From Antedon mediterranea (taxonomy: Eukaryota; Animalia; Echinodermata), in assembly GCF_964355755.1 (NCBI RefSeq), contig NC_092670.1:2284201-2348200 (forward strand): a stretch of DNA of 64,000 bases. The letters are read 5' to 3'. How positions within the stretch are numbered: position 1 is the first letter of the stretch; every line of letters starts with the position of its first letter. The notes beneath the pieces were generated by a model. It did not search any database, was not told the DNA's origin, and saw only the letters and a list, made by a program, of their open reading frames with translations. Shown piece after piece: positions 36,354-49,943 of this stretch. The translations under genes and the position numbers were made by a program.

Positions 36354-37352
36354 GCCCGGCGGCGATTTTTTTTTTTCGTACATAAGTTGGGGACCCCTCA
36401 TGAAACGTCACAAAATAAACATGAATAATTCATCAGTTAAATTTGTTGTTCCGTGTGCACCAAAGCGTATATAGCAACAAGAAGTGATTTACACAACTGC
36501 GATACGATACTTTCTACACTTAGGCCTAGGATTCACGTGATTGCCTTCGCGCACTCTTCTTCACACAAAATGTGTCGAGTCGAGGCTAATCGACAACTAG
36601 GCAAGACATTAAACTAAGTAGTAATTCATTGGTCATAGCCCAAAGAAAGCTTAGACCCACAAGAATAAAGAATGTGTATAACTTGTGTACTGTATTTTTT
36701 TAATTCTGCTATTTTATTATCAAACAATATGCATGTACTCAAAGGAACTTTAAAAATGCGCGTATATGAACACATGAGATGGGAAGTTTAGACGCACGAG
36801 AAAAAAAAATGTATTTTTGTGTAATGTTTATTGTTTAATTTTGCTGACTTGTTACTCGGATTGTGTCATACCTAACACACACACGTCACACACACCCACA
36901 CAGCTAATACTAGAATAGACATGGGTTTAGAGACTAATTAGGCCTAATAGTATTAATAGAAACTATAATTTTAACCCGTAATTCTTTAGTAATAAATTAT
37001 ATTAAAAACACCATAAACCATGGAGTAAATAAACTAAAGGCTGATTATTTCGACAATCCACACAAAACGCCGCTATTCTTCTATGAAATTGCACGCCGCA
37101 ACAACAGCGGAGATAGGCCTAGAATCGTACCGCACTTGTGTAATCGTTTCTTGTTGCTATACGCTTGGGTGCACACGGAACAAGAAAATGTAACTGATGA
37201 ATTATTCATGTTTATTTTGTGACGTTTCATGAGGGGGTCCCCAACTTATGTACGAAAAAAAAAATCGCCGCCCGCTGGCCATATTGCGCAATATCCGGGA
37301 CGGCCGCTGGCCATAAAAAGGTACGCATACTGGCCAAACCTACCCAACCCTG
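36354..37352. mobile_element. hAT-like MITE lacking its outer left end
   Basis: Inverted repeat 36358-36484 vs 37147-37272. The right end reads ...CCTACCCAACCCTG (CAGGG terminus). The left end is fused to DIRS gag. Confidence 0.55.
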
Positions 37353-39474
37353 TATAGACAAGTTCTATTTCCTCTGAAATATGATGTAAGAAGCATTTTT
37401 GGGTAGAAGCTGGGATCCACTTGATTTAGGATATTTCGACCTCGCTGATTACGAATATGGCGGATCCCAAGCGAAATTCGGCCATCTAAGCCCTTAATTT
37501 GCATAATTAAAAATGGCGGCCATTTTTTATAATTACCCTATATCACGAGAACCACTAGTCACAGATAATTAATTTTGGTGTCAACATGTTTTAAATATAT
37601 GTTTTTATATTCACTTTAGTGACACATTTTCTAAAAAAATGGATGCAAGTCTTATTTCTGACATTTTGACCTTTGACCTTGATTTATCGTATCTCAGTAA
37701 CCAATAATCGGAGAGACACGAAATAGGGCTCAAATTGTTCAGAAACTATACATTCATATTTATTATAATGAAATGTTTTTACAAAAAATGGCCGATTCTA
37801 CAACTATTGACCTTTGAACTATTAGTCAAATATAATAATATAACTCTGAAAATGTTGGTCTTATGACATTTTTTTTCTTTTTAAATTGTTTAAAACATGT
37901 GTGTTTCTATCCAGTCTAATGGCACATTTTGTACAAGAATGGCCGATAGTATGGTTATTGACCTTTGAACTACAGCATAGGCCTACTGTATAATAAATAT
38001 AATATAATTGCATAACTATGAAATTATTTATACACAATAATAATTAGTAAAATTATAAAATTCACTGCCATCAAATATGATGTATTATGATTTATATAGA
38101 TTTAATAAAAAAATGAACATGCAAGTTACATTTGGAAATTACCTGCCATCAGTATGACGGAGTATGATTATAGATTTTTAAAGATGTGAACATGTCAGCA
38201 ACATTTGGAAATTACCTGCCATCAATATGATGGATTATGATTATAGATTTAAAAAAGAATTTGAACACGTCAGCTACATTTGGAAATTTGGAAATTACCT
38301 GCTATCAATATAATGGATTATGATTGTAGGCCTATAGGTTTGAAAGAAAATGTGAACACGTTAGGTACATTTGAAAATTACCTGCCATCAATATGATGGA
38401 TTATGATTATAGATTTTTAAAGATGTGAACACGTAACCTACATTTAAAAATGACCTGCCATCAATATGATGGATTATGATTATAGATTTAAAAAAGAATT
38501 TGAACACGTCAGCTACATTTGGAAATTTCCTGCCATTAATATGATGGATTATGATTGTATAGGTTTGAAAGAAAATGTGAACACGTAAGCTACATTTGGA
38601 ATGAACATGTTAAGGGCATCAGTTTTGATCATTCATGCAAAGGTTTCCGTCATCGTTAGCGTTGTTACAGCAGCATAAAGCTGTACATGATAGTTTTGAC
38701 TTCTTGCACCTACATCTATATGGTTATGCATCGTGTCTTGCATCCACAATAAATCATCTCTAACGAAGCAGTAGGAATAGCTTCATTTTTCAGAAGCACT
38801 GGTTGAAGTTTACCATTAGATAGCTCCCAACCAAAATCTGTTGGTAATGGCAAGTGCTGGATTGGCGATACAGCTTTTTTCCATACGAGAGTGATTGGAA
38901 GTGTGCTCTTTTTATATGCTGGTGCACTGCATCGCTTGTTGGAGGTATGCCTCTGGTTTTTTTTTTTTTAAACATGGCATGCCTAACTTAAAACTGTCGA
39001 TAAAGGACACCACCAGGCAAAGATGAACCAAAACAAAGCCAGCCAAATTGCTGGTCGAACTTTTTGGCATTACAAGAAAATAAAGCAGATCTGGCACGAT
39101 TTCTATCAGAGGAGTTGATTCGTCAAGCTCCTATAGACAAAGAAATTGTCACAGCTGGTGGATTTATGGAAGAATCAGTTGTTAAATCATCAAAAGTCTA
39201 CACGAATACGTTGTCTCTGGTAGGATATCATGAAGAAGCGGACACGCGACTTGTCATGCTGCCAATGTCCGATACGACACAGTTGTAGTTGCTTCTAGGG
39301 ATACAGGCGTACTAGTGATTCTAGTGTCTCACTACCAAAGCATGGTATCCAAATGGATGATGACAGGTACATCAAAAAAAAGAAAGTATCTATAAAGACA
39401 TTTTTCAAGACTTGCCGGATGGTTCTGCAAAAGCACTGATTCCATTCCACACTATTAGTGGATGCGATACTACC

Positions 39475-39635
39475 TGATTGATTGATTGATTGAATTTATT
39501 TGATGCTCAACATTAAAATAACAAACAGACAAAAGACAAAATAACGAGCATCAGGAACACCCATTAGGCCGGAAAAACCAGCCCATTTCCAATGGGGTCC
39601 AAATTGCACATAACAAACAAGAGAAAATACAACAT
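39475..39635 (-). mobile_element. Short LINE/SINE 3' fragment with (TCAA)n tail
   Basis: (TGAT)n run at 39475-39491 next to TTTATT (AATAAA on minus); interrupts the GCDTT|SYL codons. Confidence 0.6.
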
Positions 39636-39642
39636 TCATATC

Positions 39643-39697
39643 CAGGGAAGAGTTAAATTACATTAATACATACATACAGTAATTTAACTCTTCCCTG
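39643..39697. mobile_element. 55-bp hAT-like micro-MITE
   Basis: 19-bp perfect TIR CAGGGAAGAGTTAAATTAC, flanked by (C)TCATATC on both sides. Confidence 0.7.
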
Positions 39698-42600
39698 CTC
39701 ATATCTAAGTGGTCACTCAAAGGCATCGGCATGGGAAGTATTACAAAAAAATTATGAACTAATTAAAGACCTGGGAGAAAACCTATCAGTGACCAAGTTA
39801 TTATGAAATCGGAAAGATTCATTTGCTACGTTTACGGTGTTGGTCAAGTTAAAAGTACCAATGAAGTTAGGCATGCCATGTTTAAAAAAAACAAAAACCA
39901 GAGGCATTACCTCCAACAAGCGATGCAGTGCACCAACATATAAAAAGAGCACACTTCCAAGCACTCGTACGGAAAAAAGCTGTATCGCCAATCCAGCATT
40001 AATTGCCATCACCAACAGATTTTGGTTGGGAGCTATCTAATGGTAAACTTCAACCAGTGCTTCTGAAAAATTAAGCTATTCCTACTCCTTCGTTAGAGAT
40101 GATTTATTGTGGATGCAAGACACGATGCATAACCATATAGATGTAGGTGCAAGAAGTCAAAACTACCATGTACAGCTTTATGCCGCTGTAACAACGCTAA
40201 AGATGACGGAAACCTTTGCATGATGAATGATCAAAACTGATGCCCTTAACATGTTCATTCCAAATGTAGCTTACGTGTTCACATTTTCTTTCAAACCTAT
40301 ACAATCATAATCCATCATATTGATGACAGGTAATTTCCAAATTTCCAAATGTAGCTGACGTGTTCAAATTCTTTTTTAAATCTATAATCATAATCCATCA
40401 TATTGATGGCAGGTAATTTTCAAATGTAGCTTACGTGTTCACATCTTTAAAAATCTATACAATCATAATCCATCATATTGATGGCAGGTAATTTCCAAAT
40501 TTCCAAATGTAGCTGACGTGTTCAAATTCTTTTTAAAATCTATAATCATAATCCATCATATTGATGGCAGGTAATTTTCATATGTAGCTTACGTGTTCAC
40601 ATTTTCTTTTAAATCTATACAATCATAATCCATCATATTGATGGCAGGTAATTTCCAAATTTCCAAATGTAGCTGACGTGTTACAATTCTTTTTTAAATC
40701 TATAATCATAATCCATCATATTGATGGCAGGTAATTTTCAAATGTAGCTTACGTGTTCAAATTCTTTTTTAAATCTATAATCATAATCCATCATATTGAT
40801 GGCAGGTAATTTCCAAATGTAGCTGACATGTTCAAATTAAAAAAAATCTATAATCATACTCCATCATATTGATGGCAGGTAATTTCAAATTTCGAATTTC
40901 AACAAATGTAACTTGCGTGCTCAAATTTTTTTTTAAATCTATATAAATCATAATACATCATATTTGATGGCAGTGAATTTTATAATTTTACTAATTATTA
41001 TTGTGTATAAATAATTTCATAGTTATGCAATTATATTATACTGTATTTAGTATACAGTAGGCCTATGCTGTATTTTAAAGGTCAATAATCATACTATCGG
41101 CCATTCTTGTACAAAATGTGCCATTAGACTGGATAGAAACACACATGTTTTAAACAATTTAAAAAGAAAAAAAAAATCATAAGACCACAATTTTCAAAGT
41201 TTTATTATTATTATATTATTATATTTGACTAATAGTTCAAAGGTCAATAGTTGTAGAATCGGCCATTTTTTGTAAAAACGTTTCATTATAATAAATATGA
41301 ATGTATAGTTTCTGAACAATTTGAGCCCTATTTCATGTCTCTCAGATTATTGGTTACTGAGATACGATAAATCAAGGTCAAAGGTCAAAATGTCAGAAAT
41401 AAGACTTGCATCCATTTTTTGAGAAAATGTGTCATTAAAGTGAATATAAAAACATACATTTAAAACAATTTGAGACCAAAATTAATTATCTGTGACTAGT
41501 GGTTCTCGAGATATAGGGTAATTATAAAAAATGGCCGCCATTTTTAATTATGCAAATTAAGGGCTTAGATGGCCGAATTTCGCTTGGGATCCGCCATATT
41601 CGTAATCAGCGAGGTCGAAATATCCTAAATCAAGTGGATCCCAGCTTCTACCCAAAAATGCTTCTTGATTCGTTTTCTAGGCCGTTTTTTGAGAAATGGA
41701 ACCTGTCTAGTAGCCATGTCGGGATTATATTTAAGAGATAGAAAGCAATCAAACATTTTATAAGCAGAGGTCAGGTTTGAAATCACAAATTATCAGTGAT
41801 CGCATTTTAACATTTGTTTCCGTACCGGGTATGCTACAATATTGACAAATACTTAGCGTAGCAAATAAACAACCTACGTGGCAAAGTCCAGTGGTTGTCT
41901 ATAAGAATTTGCTTATTTATAGATTTGTAAAATATATGCCTAGGACCCAAAAATGGCTGTTTTTTGTCTTATTGAAATTAACAAACAATATTATTATTAT
42001 ATAAACGTAATTGTCATACGCTTCCCTCTTTATATTCTTAAAGCACACCTGCATAGACTCAGGTCATTTTATTGAAGAGGCTTGTGGGTTGATATCCAAT
42101 AGTCGTACTATTGAACTCTTACGTCAGAGTATTATTATTATTATTTGTATATTAATTTATTCATTTTGTAATTATTATGTCAAAGCGGGGAGAATGGTAC
42201 GAGTAATAGTTGTTGCGTGGTAATGGTAGTTCGGGCGCAACCAGTGATAAAATCCATAGGATGGGGGGGGGGGGGTAATGCATAATAACACTGCATGCCA
42301 TAAACGCTTGATTTGAATTGTTTTCAAACATTTCAGGTTTCCTTAGGGCCTATAGTGGCTTGACCTATCAGTTATTGAAGGAAGGGGAGTAACTTTCAAG
42401 GTCAAGAGTCTTCCTGTATAGTACAACCATTGCTGTGGCCAAATTTGAGGGCAGTATGTATATATCAGGTCAGTTTATATAAGCCTATTAGTAGAGTAGG
42501 AAATGGGGGTTCCCATGCACCCCTGAGGTATATTTTTTTAATGTGATTTTTTATAATCTCAAGTATGTCTAGTAACCAGATCAGGTTGTTAACATTTTCA

Positions 42601-43007
42601 AATCGTGTCCCATGGGGTTGTTTTTGACCCATTTAGTCGGCCATGTTGGTTTTAACAAATTAACATTTTTTCGCATTTCTCAGGAACCAAAGGTCGTAGA
42701 AATATAATTTTGGTACCAAAGTACTCAGTATATGTATGTTTGTATATGCTGTAATGAAAGTTTTTTGTATACAATTACGGGAAGTATGATTTTTTACCTA
42801 TGACCTTGCTTTTAAATGGTGTCCATATCTAAAAAACCGGTTGTCATAGAAACTTTATTTTAGTCTCAAATTATGCAGAATACCAACATTTATATTCATG
42901 GTAATGCAAAAGTTTGTCCGAAAATGATCGGAAATGATATTTTTGACCTTTGACATAATTTCATTTACATTTTTACACAATTTTGTCCATATTTGAGGGC
43001 AGGCTAT

Positions 43008-43152
43008 AGGCGCTTGACCTTTGACAAGATCGCCTAAAATTTTTAAATTAAACTTACGATACTTATTATTGTATATTCAGGAATAGCCGCTCCATAATCT
43101 CTTTGCTTTTCTTCTTTATATCTATATTTTATTTTTTTTTTATTTATTTATT

Positions 43153-43191
<39 letters not shown>

Positions 43192-44815
43192 TACTAACAA
43201 ATATATTTTTATTAATATTATAATCATAACAATAAATATTTTAAAAATATATACAATATTATTTATCGCATAATATGCAGTGTAGGATAATTATTTAATA
43301 TACAAAATCATTACACCCAACCACGCCTACTATCTTCATCTCCTATATGCGGAACATCATTTGGATAATAGAACAAATCATACATCTACACATAATCAAG
43401 CATCGTATACTCTATCTCTAACAATATTTCAATCTTCTATCGACTAAAGCTGAAGTATAGTCGTTATCTCGGAACCGTCCTATGGTTACCACCAGGTAGG
43501 CTTGCTTCATCAAGGCTTCTATGAATGGATGTACTGGTTGGGAGCAGAAAATCTAGTAGACCATACCCAGTACCGTTTTGATTACGATCAATCGGGAATT
43601 TACCTCACAACGTTATATCTATATTTTTAATTTATACTAACAAATATCTTTTTATTAATATAATAATAATAATAATAATAACAATATATCAAACATTTAT
43701 TAAATAATATTTTTCGCATAATATGCAATCTACGATAATTGAATTAATTGATATAACAAATTTATTAAATACATAACATCATTTGAATAAAAAGAACAAA
43801 TCACATATCTACACATAATCATAACATCGTATGCTCTATCTCTAACAATTTATTCAATCTTCTATCGACTAAAGCCGAAGTATAGTCGTTATCTCGGGAC
43901 CGTTCTATGGCCACCACCAGGTAGGCTTACTTCATTAAAGCTTCTATGAATGGATGTACTGGTTGGGAGCAGAAAAACTAGTAGACCATACCCAGTACCG
44001 TTTTGATTACGATCAATCGGGAAATTACCTCACAATCGTAACGCGAGCATTTCATTCTATACGCATACGCACTTTATCGAACATAATTTTAAACCAAACC
44101 TAATCATACATCATACAACGATAAGACACCAACCGATTCAGTTCAAAACCAGTTATTAAGGTAAACTTTTTAAATTTAAATTAATTTTTTGTTCTATCCA
44201 CTCTACCATATTCATATAAAGATATTGTGGAACCACGTCAGGTCAAGTTCAATATTGAATATCGAAACGTGGTAGGCTGAAGGCGTTTGACCTTTGACAA
44301 GATCGCCTAAATTTGTAATATATTAACTTTACAATACTTAGTGTTGTATGTTCTGGTACAGCCGCTCCATAATCTCTTTGCTTTTCTTCCTTATATCTAT
44401 ATTTTTAATTTATACTAACAAATATCTTTTTATTAATATAATAATAATAATAATAATAATAACAATATATCAAACATTTATTAAATAATATTTTTCGCAT
44501 AATATGCAATCTACGATAATTGAATTAATTGATATAACAAATTTATTAAATACATAACATCATTTGAATAAAAAGAACAAATCACATATCTACACATAAT
44601 CATAACATCGTATGCTCTATCTCTAACAATTTATTCAATCTTCTATCGACTAAAGCCGAAGTATAGTCGTTATCTCGGGACCGTTCTATGGCCACCACCA
44701 GGTAGGCTTACTTCATTAAAGCTTCTATGAATGGATGTACTGGTTGGGAGCAGAAAAACTAGTAGACCATACCCAGTACCGTTTTGATTACGATCAATCG
44801 GGAAATTACCTCACA
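43008..44815. repeat. Local direct duplications: three copies of a ~430-bp block and two of a ~130-bp leader
   Basis: Blocks ending TTACCTCACAA at about 43610, 44035 and 44815. Leader TTGACCTTTGACAAGATCGCCTAAA at about 43014 and 44287. Confidence 0.8.
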
Positions 44816-45348
44816 AAATTATGTCATCAAGAGTTCAATGTGTATCCACACCAAAGATATTTAACAGATAACAATACGATTGTTCACTCAATAAACACAT
44901 TGATTGACTCAAATCGACATATAGCGTGACAACCAAATATTACAATAGATCACACTTTCAGAAGATAATTGTCTGAACAAATTTGGAAGAAAAATCTGGA
45001 CACCATAGAAGCGCGCTGCGCGCTCTTTTAAATGTGTATAACTTTGACGAAAGATATGGAGTTAACTACTTGTTTAATTCTGCTGGCCATAACATAACGT
45101 CAAAACATCCGTAAGGCACAATTTTTAAACGAATTCATATCAACAATGCAGAATGCAATAAGTTATAAACATGGAAATCACTATAATTTTGAAGAGCTGT
45201 AATGTATTCAAATATGCGGTGTAGGTGAAAGTAGGCCTACGCGACCCACCCTCAAATTTGGCTGGCATAATTGGAATTTTTACAACTTCTTTTGCTTTAG
45301 ATTACAGTTTTTCAATCAAATGACAAGAATCTACTCAGATGTTTTAAA

Positions 45349-45396
45349 AATGACGTAAGCGCAAATTATAGATCTATAATTTGCGCTTACGTCATT
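45349..45396. repeat. 48-bp perfect spacerless palindrome
   Basis: AATGACGTAAGCGCAAATTATAGA|TCTATAATTTGCGCTTACGTCATT. Confidence 0.95.
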
Positions 45397-46473
45397 GTGT
45401 TGTCTCTCTAGTGGAAACCCTGCATAAAGAACATGACATGAATATCATATGATCCAATCCTTCAATCAAATGACAAGAATCTACTCAGATGTTTAAAAAA
45501 AATAATAGCAGTGGTACTATAAAATAACGTAATAATACAACTATATTTTATTTATTTCATTTTGTAAATAATTGTATACAGAGAAGGCGTAAGGTTACAG
45601 ATAAAAAAGTTAAGTGCATTTCACTTAAAACAACAATGAAACCTTGTTAATATAATAAACTTTTAATTTAAGTACAATTTTATTAGAATTCACAATTAAA
45701 CAAACTATTTTGCAAACTGTCGTTGTTTCGTTTGCTTGATAACAAATACACATTTAAAAGAAAATCGTTTTTGTCACCATGTGTTTAGTATCAACGAAAT
45801 AGAAAATAAATTACAGTTTCAGTATATATATTTTCGTTATTTTTGCATGTTCGACTGTGAATAAAAGTAGTAACTTGAGTAGTAGTAATTTAAATACATA
45901 TTTCTTTTAACGAATCCACTCATTGAGAAATCTCCATGGTCCACTTTAAAACTGTAAAAATTGAATAATTTTGTCTTTAAGAAGAGCAATCATTCCTATA
46001 GGTTACGCACACATGTGACAATGAAAAACGCATTTCGTCCTATCAAACTGCCATACATGTTTAATTTAATTCCCCAATATTTTAGGGGGTGGGGTATAAG
46101 GACTTCCCCTTGCGTTCGTGGACATTAGTTGCTTGATTAATTATTAAGGGGTAGCAAGGGGTTATAGACGTCGTCGTCGAGAGGGCAGTAGGAGGAGGAG
46201 GTAGGAGGTCAGTTCGCATGGTTATCTAGTCACTGTCACCAACAACAAATCATGTTATCGGGAGTCACTGTGTACAGTTGACATAATGAACGATTTACAT
46301 TACACAATGATTGACTATAATTGACACATATCGTGATAGCAAAAACAATATAAATATTAATAAATAATATATTGCCAAAGGGACAGTAACCTATCTGTAC
46401 CAGTATGTTCCACGTCACAACATAGACCGCGCTAACCGGTTAAACGTAAGGGGCCAAGGGCATGAGCAGCCCA

Positions 46474-46851
46474 CGAAATTTTCTTTACTCGTCAGATAAG
46501 GCAGAAATCATGAATAATTCATTACCTTAATTATTTTCTATTACTGTATAAAGAATTGCAAGATAGCTGATCTACTTCCTAAATATACTAAACCTAACCC
46601 TCTAAATAATCTCTCTCGACTATTTAAAAAGAACATGTTCTTGAAAGACCTCGAACCGAGGGCTCCAGCGTAATAGGTTAAAGCCTTTACCACTAGACCA
46701 AACATTTCGGTTGGCAAACACTGTTTACACAAATTATTTAATATCTCTGCATGCTTATATAGCGCCCTCTTTAATGTGGCATATTATGTCATAATTATTC
46801 TAATGAATTATTCATGATTTCTCCCTTATCTGACGAGTAAAGAAAATTTCG
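46474..46851. mobile_element. Inverted-repeat element with a tRNA-derived internal segment
   Basis: Inverted repeats of about 50 bp at 46474-46523 and 46801-46851. Minus-strand A-box-like TGGTCTAGTGG and B-box-like GGTTCGAGG at about 46645-46712. Confidence 0.6.
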
Positions 46852-47683
46852 CGAGCAGCCCAATGCAACTACCCAGTTGGAAAGCACCTTAGGAGTACTA
46901 AACAACGAACCGCTCCCCCCCCCCCCCACCCGCCTCTCCCACAACTTGCGTTACGCCATTGTTAGTTCAGCTTGGTTCCCACAGGACGCAAGGCAAAGAC
47001 GTAGACGCAACGTATCGACTGAAATTGCTTAATGCTTGGTTCTAGAGACGCAATGCAATGACGTATACGGCAACGTTCATGCGAAACAGATTTTTACTGG
47101 CTTACGAAAACGAATACGTGTACGTGACGTACCCGTTATCGTATTCGTAGTGTGGAACCGGCCGTGTCGAAGCCACATATAAAACTTTTGATCTCTGGAT
47201 CTCAGCACCCTGTTAGATTGCATTAATAAAAACGCCTGTGACATTTTCTATGTAGGATATAACATATCAGCAGTGGTTATCATTAATCGAGTATTAAGTA
47301 AACTTGTTATACTTTATATTATTACTTTGTTGTAAAACATTATTTTCACCTGCGTATTTATGTTTTCATCTTCCAAATCCCTCTCTACGCATGCGTATAA
47401 GCTGACCTTTTAATTCCCGCAAATCCGCCTAGTGGAAAATCGGCTTCTTCACTAGGAGAATATAATCATGCAATAATGAAAAAACTGCACAAATAAAATA
47501 GCAATACTGAGTCGCCCACAAACCGTCGGCACCTCCAGTGAGACACGTCCCCTGTTGGAAAAGGGGGAAGTCCCATTTACTATCCTGACCCCTTGACGAC
47601 GGTTGTAAACAATGTTTCGTCAAGGGCACAATAAAGTGTTCACCACAGGAAAGGTAATTAAAAACACAGGAGAAACCCCGTTA

Positions 47684-48077
47684 AGGCCCATTTACACTAG
47701 GACGATAACGGTCGACGATAAATAGACAAATATGCATTTTGCATACACATGAAACATAAGAAATATAAAAACTTTTCATTCTAGAACTATAGAATACCAT
47801 AATAATATGCTTCCTTTGATGAAAATGATATTTTCAAACGTCCAATCAAATGACATCATGATTATTAAGAGCAATTATATCGTGAAAATACAACAATTTT
47901 ATTGTTTTTATGAATCATGACCTCATTTGATTGTAATTTTAAAAATATTATTATCAAATACAGCTTATCCTATAGTTCTAGAACGAAAACCTTTCGAATT
48001 TCTTTTGTTTTATGTAATAAAAATGCATGCATATTATATTTATCGTCAATATTTATCGTCCTAGTGTAAATGGGCCT
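47684..48077. mobile_element. PIF/Harbinger-type MITE
   Basis: TIR AGGCCCATTTACACTAGGACGATAA, TTA TSD on both sides. Confidence 0.85.
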
Positions 48078-49622
48078 TTAGTCCACCGGAGGTCGTGATT
48101 GGTATAAAATGCCAATCACGAGCGACTCTTTTGAATTAATATATATTTTAAGATTCTTAGGTATGTATGTTTGGCGATTCTTAGTATGTACTCAATATCA
48201 TTTCTTTAATTTTAATTTTATAATGTTTTAGAGAACATTCATTGTAGGCCTATATTTGGTCCGTGAATATAGACATGACTCAACGTTTGGATAAAGGTGT
48301 AGGCCTACACATTTTTTATTTCAAAGATTTTTACATAAGGGTCATGAAACTATTGCATGTTTAACTTATTTATTAAAAATCGTAAGTTAAATTGTTCATA
48401 TGGAACATGTCTCTTTTTATTTGTCTAACCATTAGTGTATGTAAGTTGTGCGTCTTTTCAATATATGTTGGATATTCATTTCCACATACAACGTTTCCAT
48501 TTTGAAGATGTGGCAAGATAAGGGCGTTATTTATTTATTAGGCTAGTTGTGTAGAGAAAATGTTTTTTTAAATGTAAAATAAATTTTTTTGTATCATATC
48601 ATAACCGTCCCCAATTGTTATTGGTCAACGGCGTTGTGTCCTGGTAGTACTGTATGACCAAGGTATGATGGAACATCACTGTGCACCGAGCAAAAAACAT
48701 AGGCCACAGCCTCGCTAAATGGTTTGACTTACCATAGTTATAACAAAGTATCGATGATTTATTTTATAGATATTATTGTGATCAACTCATCAGTATTTAT
48801 TATACAACGTCATCTCTGAACCAGTACATCTTATTTCTACATATCGGATCGCACGTGCATTAAAATGCGAACGCCAGCTTATAAAGTAAACCAAACATGA
48901 CATGGATATAATTATATAAAATTTCGGTCTGTTACAGATTTTACGAGCCGCGTCTCAAACAGTTTAATTTATTTGCATATTACGAGGAAAGATTTCAGAT
49001 GTTTAAAATTGAATTATTAGATAAGATAATAAAAATAACTCAAGAGGTATAACGCTGTTTCATTAGGAGTCGCCAGATCGAAGACATTACCATTCTCATT
49101 AAAAGTCACTATATTTAATGAAATACCAAAACACAAATACATAATCAATTTAGTCAGTGTACCAATCTTTGAAATAAATACAATTAAAAGACAACTTTTG
49201 TTTCATTTTCTTTATTCATAACTAGAAGAAACTAAAACAATCTTCAAAATAATGTAAACGGATACTTATCTACAATATGATGTAATTCTACTCAGTTCAT
49301 TATTACAAAATAATAAAATGTATAAAAAATGTATATACCTTAAGCTTGGTTCTCACTAGAAACAACGCAACGACGTAAGATAAGGAATAACTCTCTATCA
49401 ATTTTGCATCCCCTCTCCCCACCCATGTGGCGGGCGTATTCCACATGGTGTTCTATTAGAGGGAATGGTGGCGTTTATTTGAGAGAGGCTTTTATTCAAA
49501 GCGGGTGTTAATTCGAATAAATACTCTAATTTTAATAATTATAATTCGTTTCTCAACTGATAAAAGGTACTTTACATGATTCGTTTTCTTCTTTATGCTT
49601 TTTAACGAAATGTTTCTGTCTT

Positions 49623-49943
49623 TTAGAATAAAAGTGACACTGTCATAGATAACATTAAATGGATCTTCTCTTCCAGGTGCCAGTATAATGATATAAAACA
49701 ATGACACATCATTATCATGACACAATTGCACTCATAATGGATCTTCATTCTATCATCTGTTTGTTTGTGACTACAATTTGACAACAATCTTTTGCATATT
49801 TTTAAATGCCAATACATAGCTTCATTACTATTGTACAATATGTCCAGCTTTCCTGAAAACACCCTTGTGTACTGTAGTACAGTGTTGTAGTATGATTTTA
49901 TCATGATAACTTCTGATGCTTTTATTGTCAATGAATTCAGTAC
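49623..49943 (-). CDS. Candidate terminal exon of Roco B
   Basis: TTTTAG|GTACTG acceptor in phase 0, open to 49623. An overlapping second frame (49492-49731) makes the true end uncertain. Confidence 0.4.
   Translation of the reverse strand, partial: VLNSLTIKASEVIMIKSYYNTVLQYTRVFSGKLDILYNSNEAMYWHLKICKRLLSNCSHKQTDDRMKIHYECNCVMIMMCHCFISLYWHLEEKIHLMLSMTVSLLF

Larger units (their letters stand above)
39050..40230 (+). pseudogene. Decayed transposon protein with HEEADT / GCD / PPT / C-terminal CXC motifs (superfamily tentative, EnSpm/CMC-like)
   Basis: ENKADLARFL, HEEADTRL, FHTISGCDTT|SYLSGHSK, PPTSDAVHQHIKRAHFQ, CGCKTRC..RCRCKK...CTALC, with stops and frameshifts. Confidence 0.7.
37355..41709. 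mobile_element. Palindromic DNA-transposon derivative made of two inverted copies of the same end
   Basis: 37355-38990 is the reverse complement of about 39858-41709. Each arm has the terminal sequence, 60-70-bp subterminal repeats and the 3' end of the coding region. Confidence 0.85.

Noticed and set aside
46645-46712. Functional tRNA gene
   Set aside because: The acceptor stem does not pair convincingly and it sits inside a repeat; treated as tRNA-derived.
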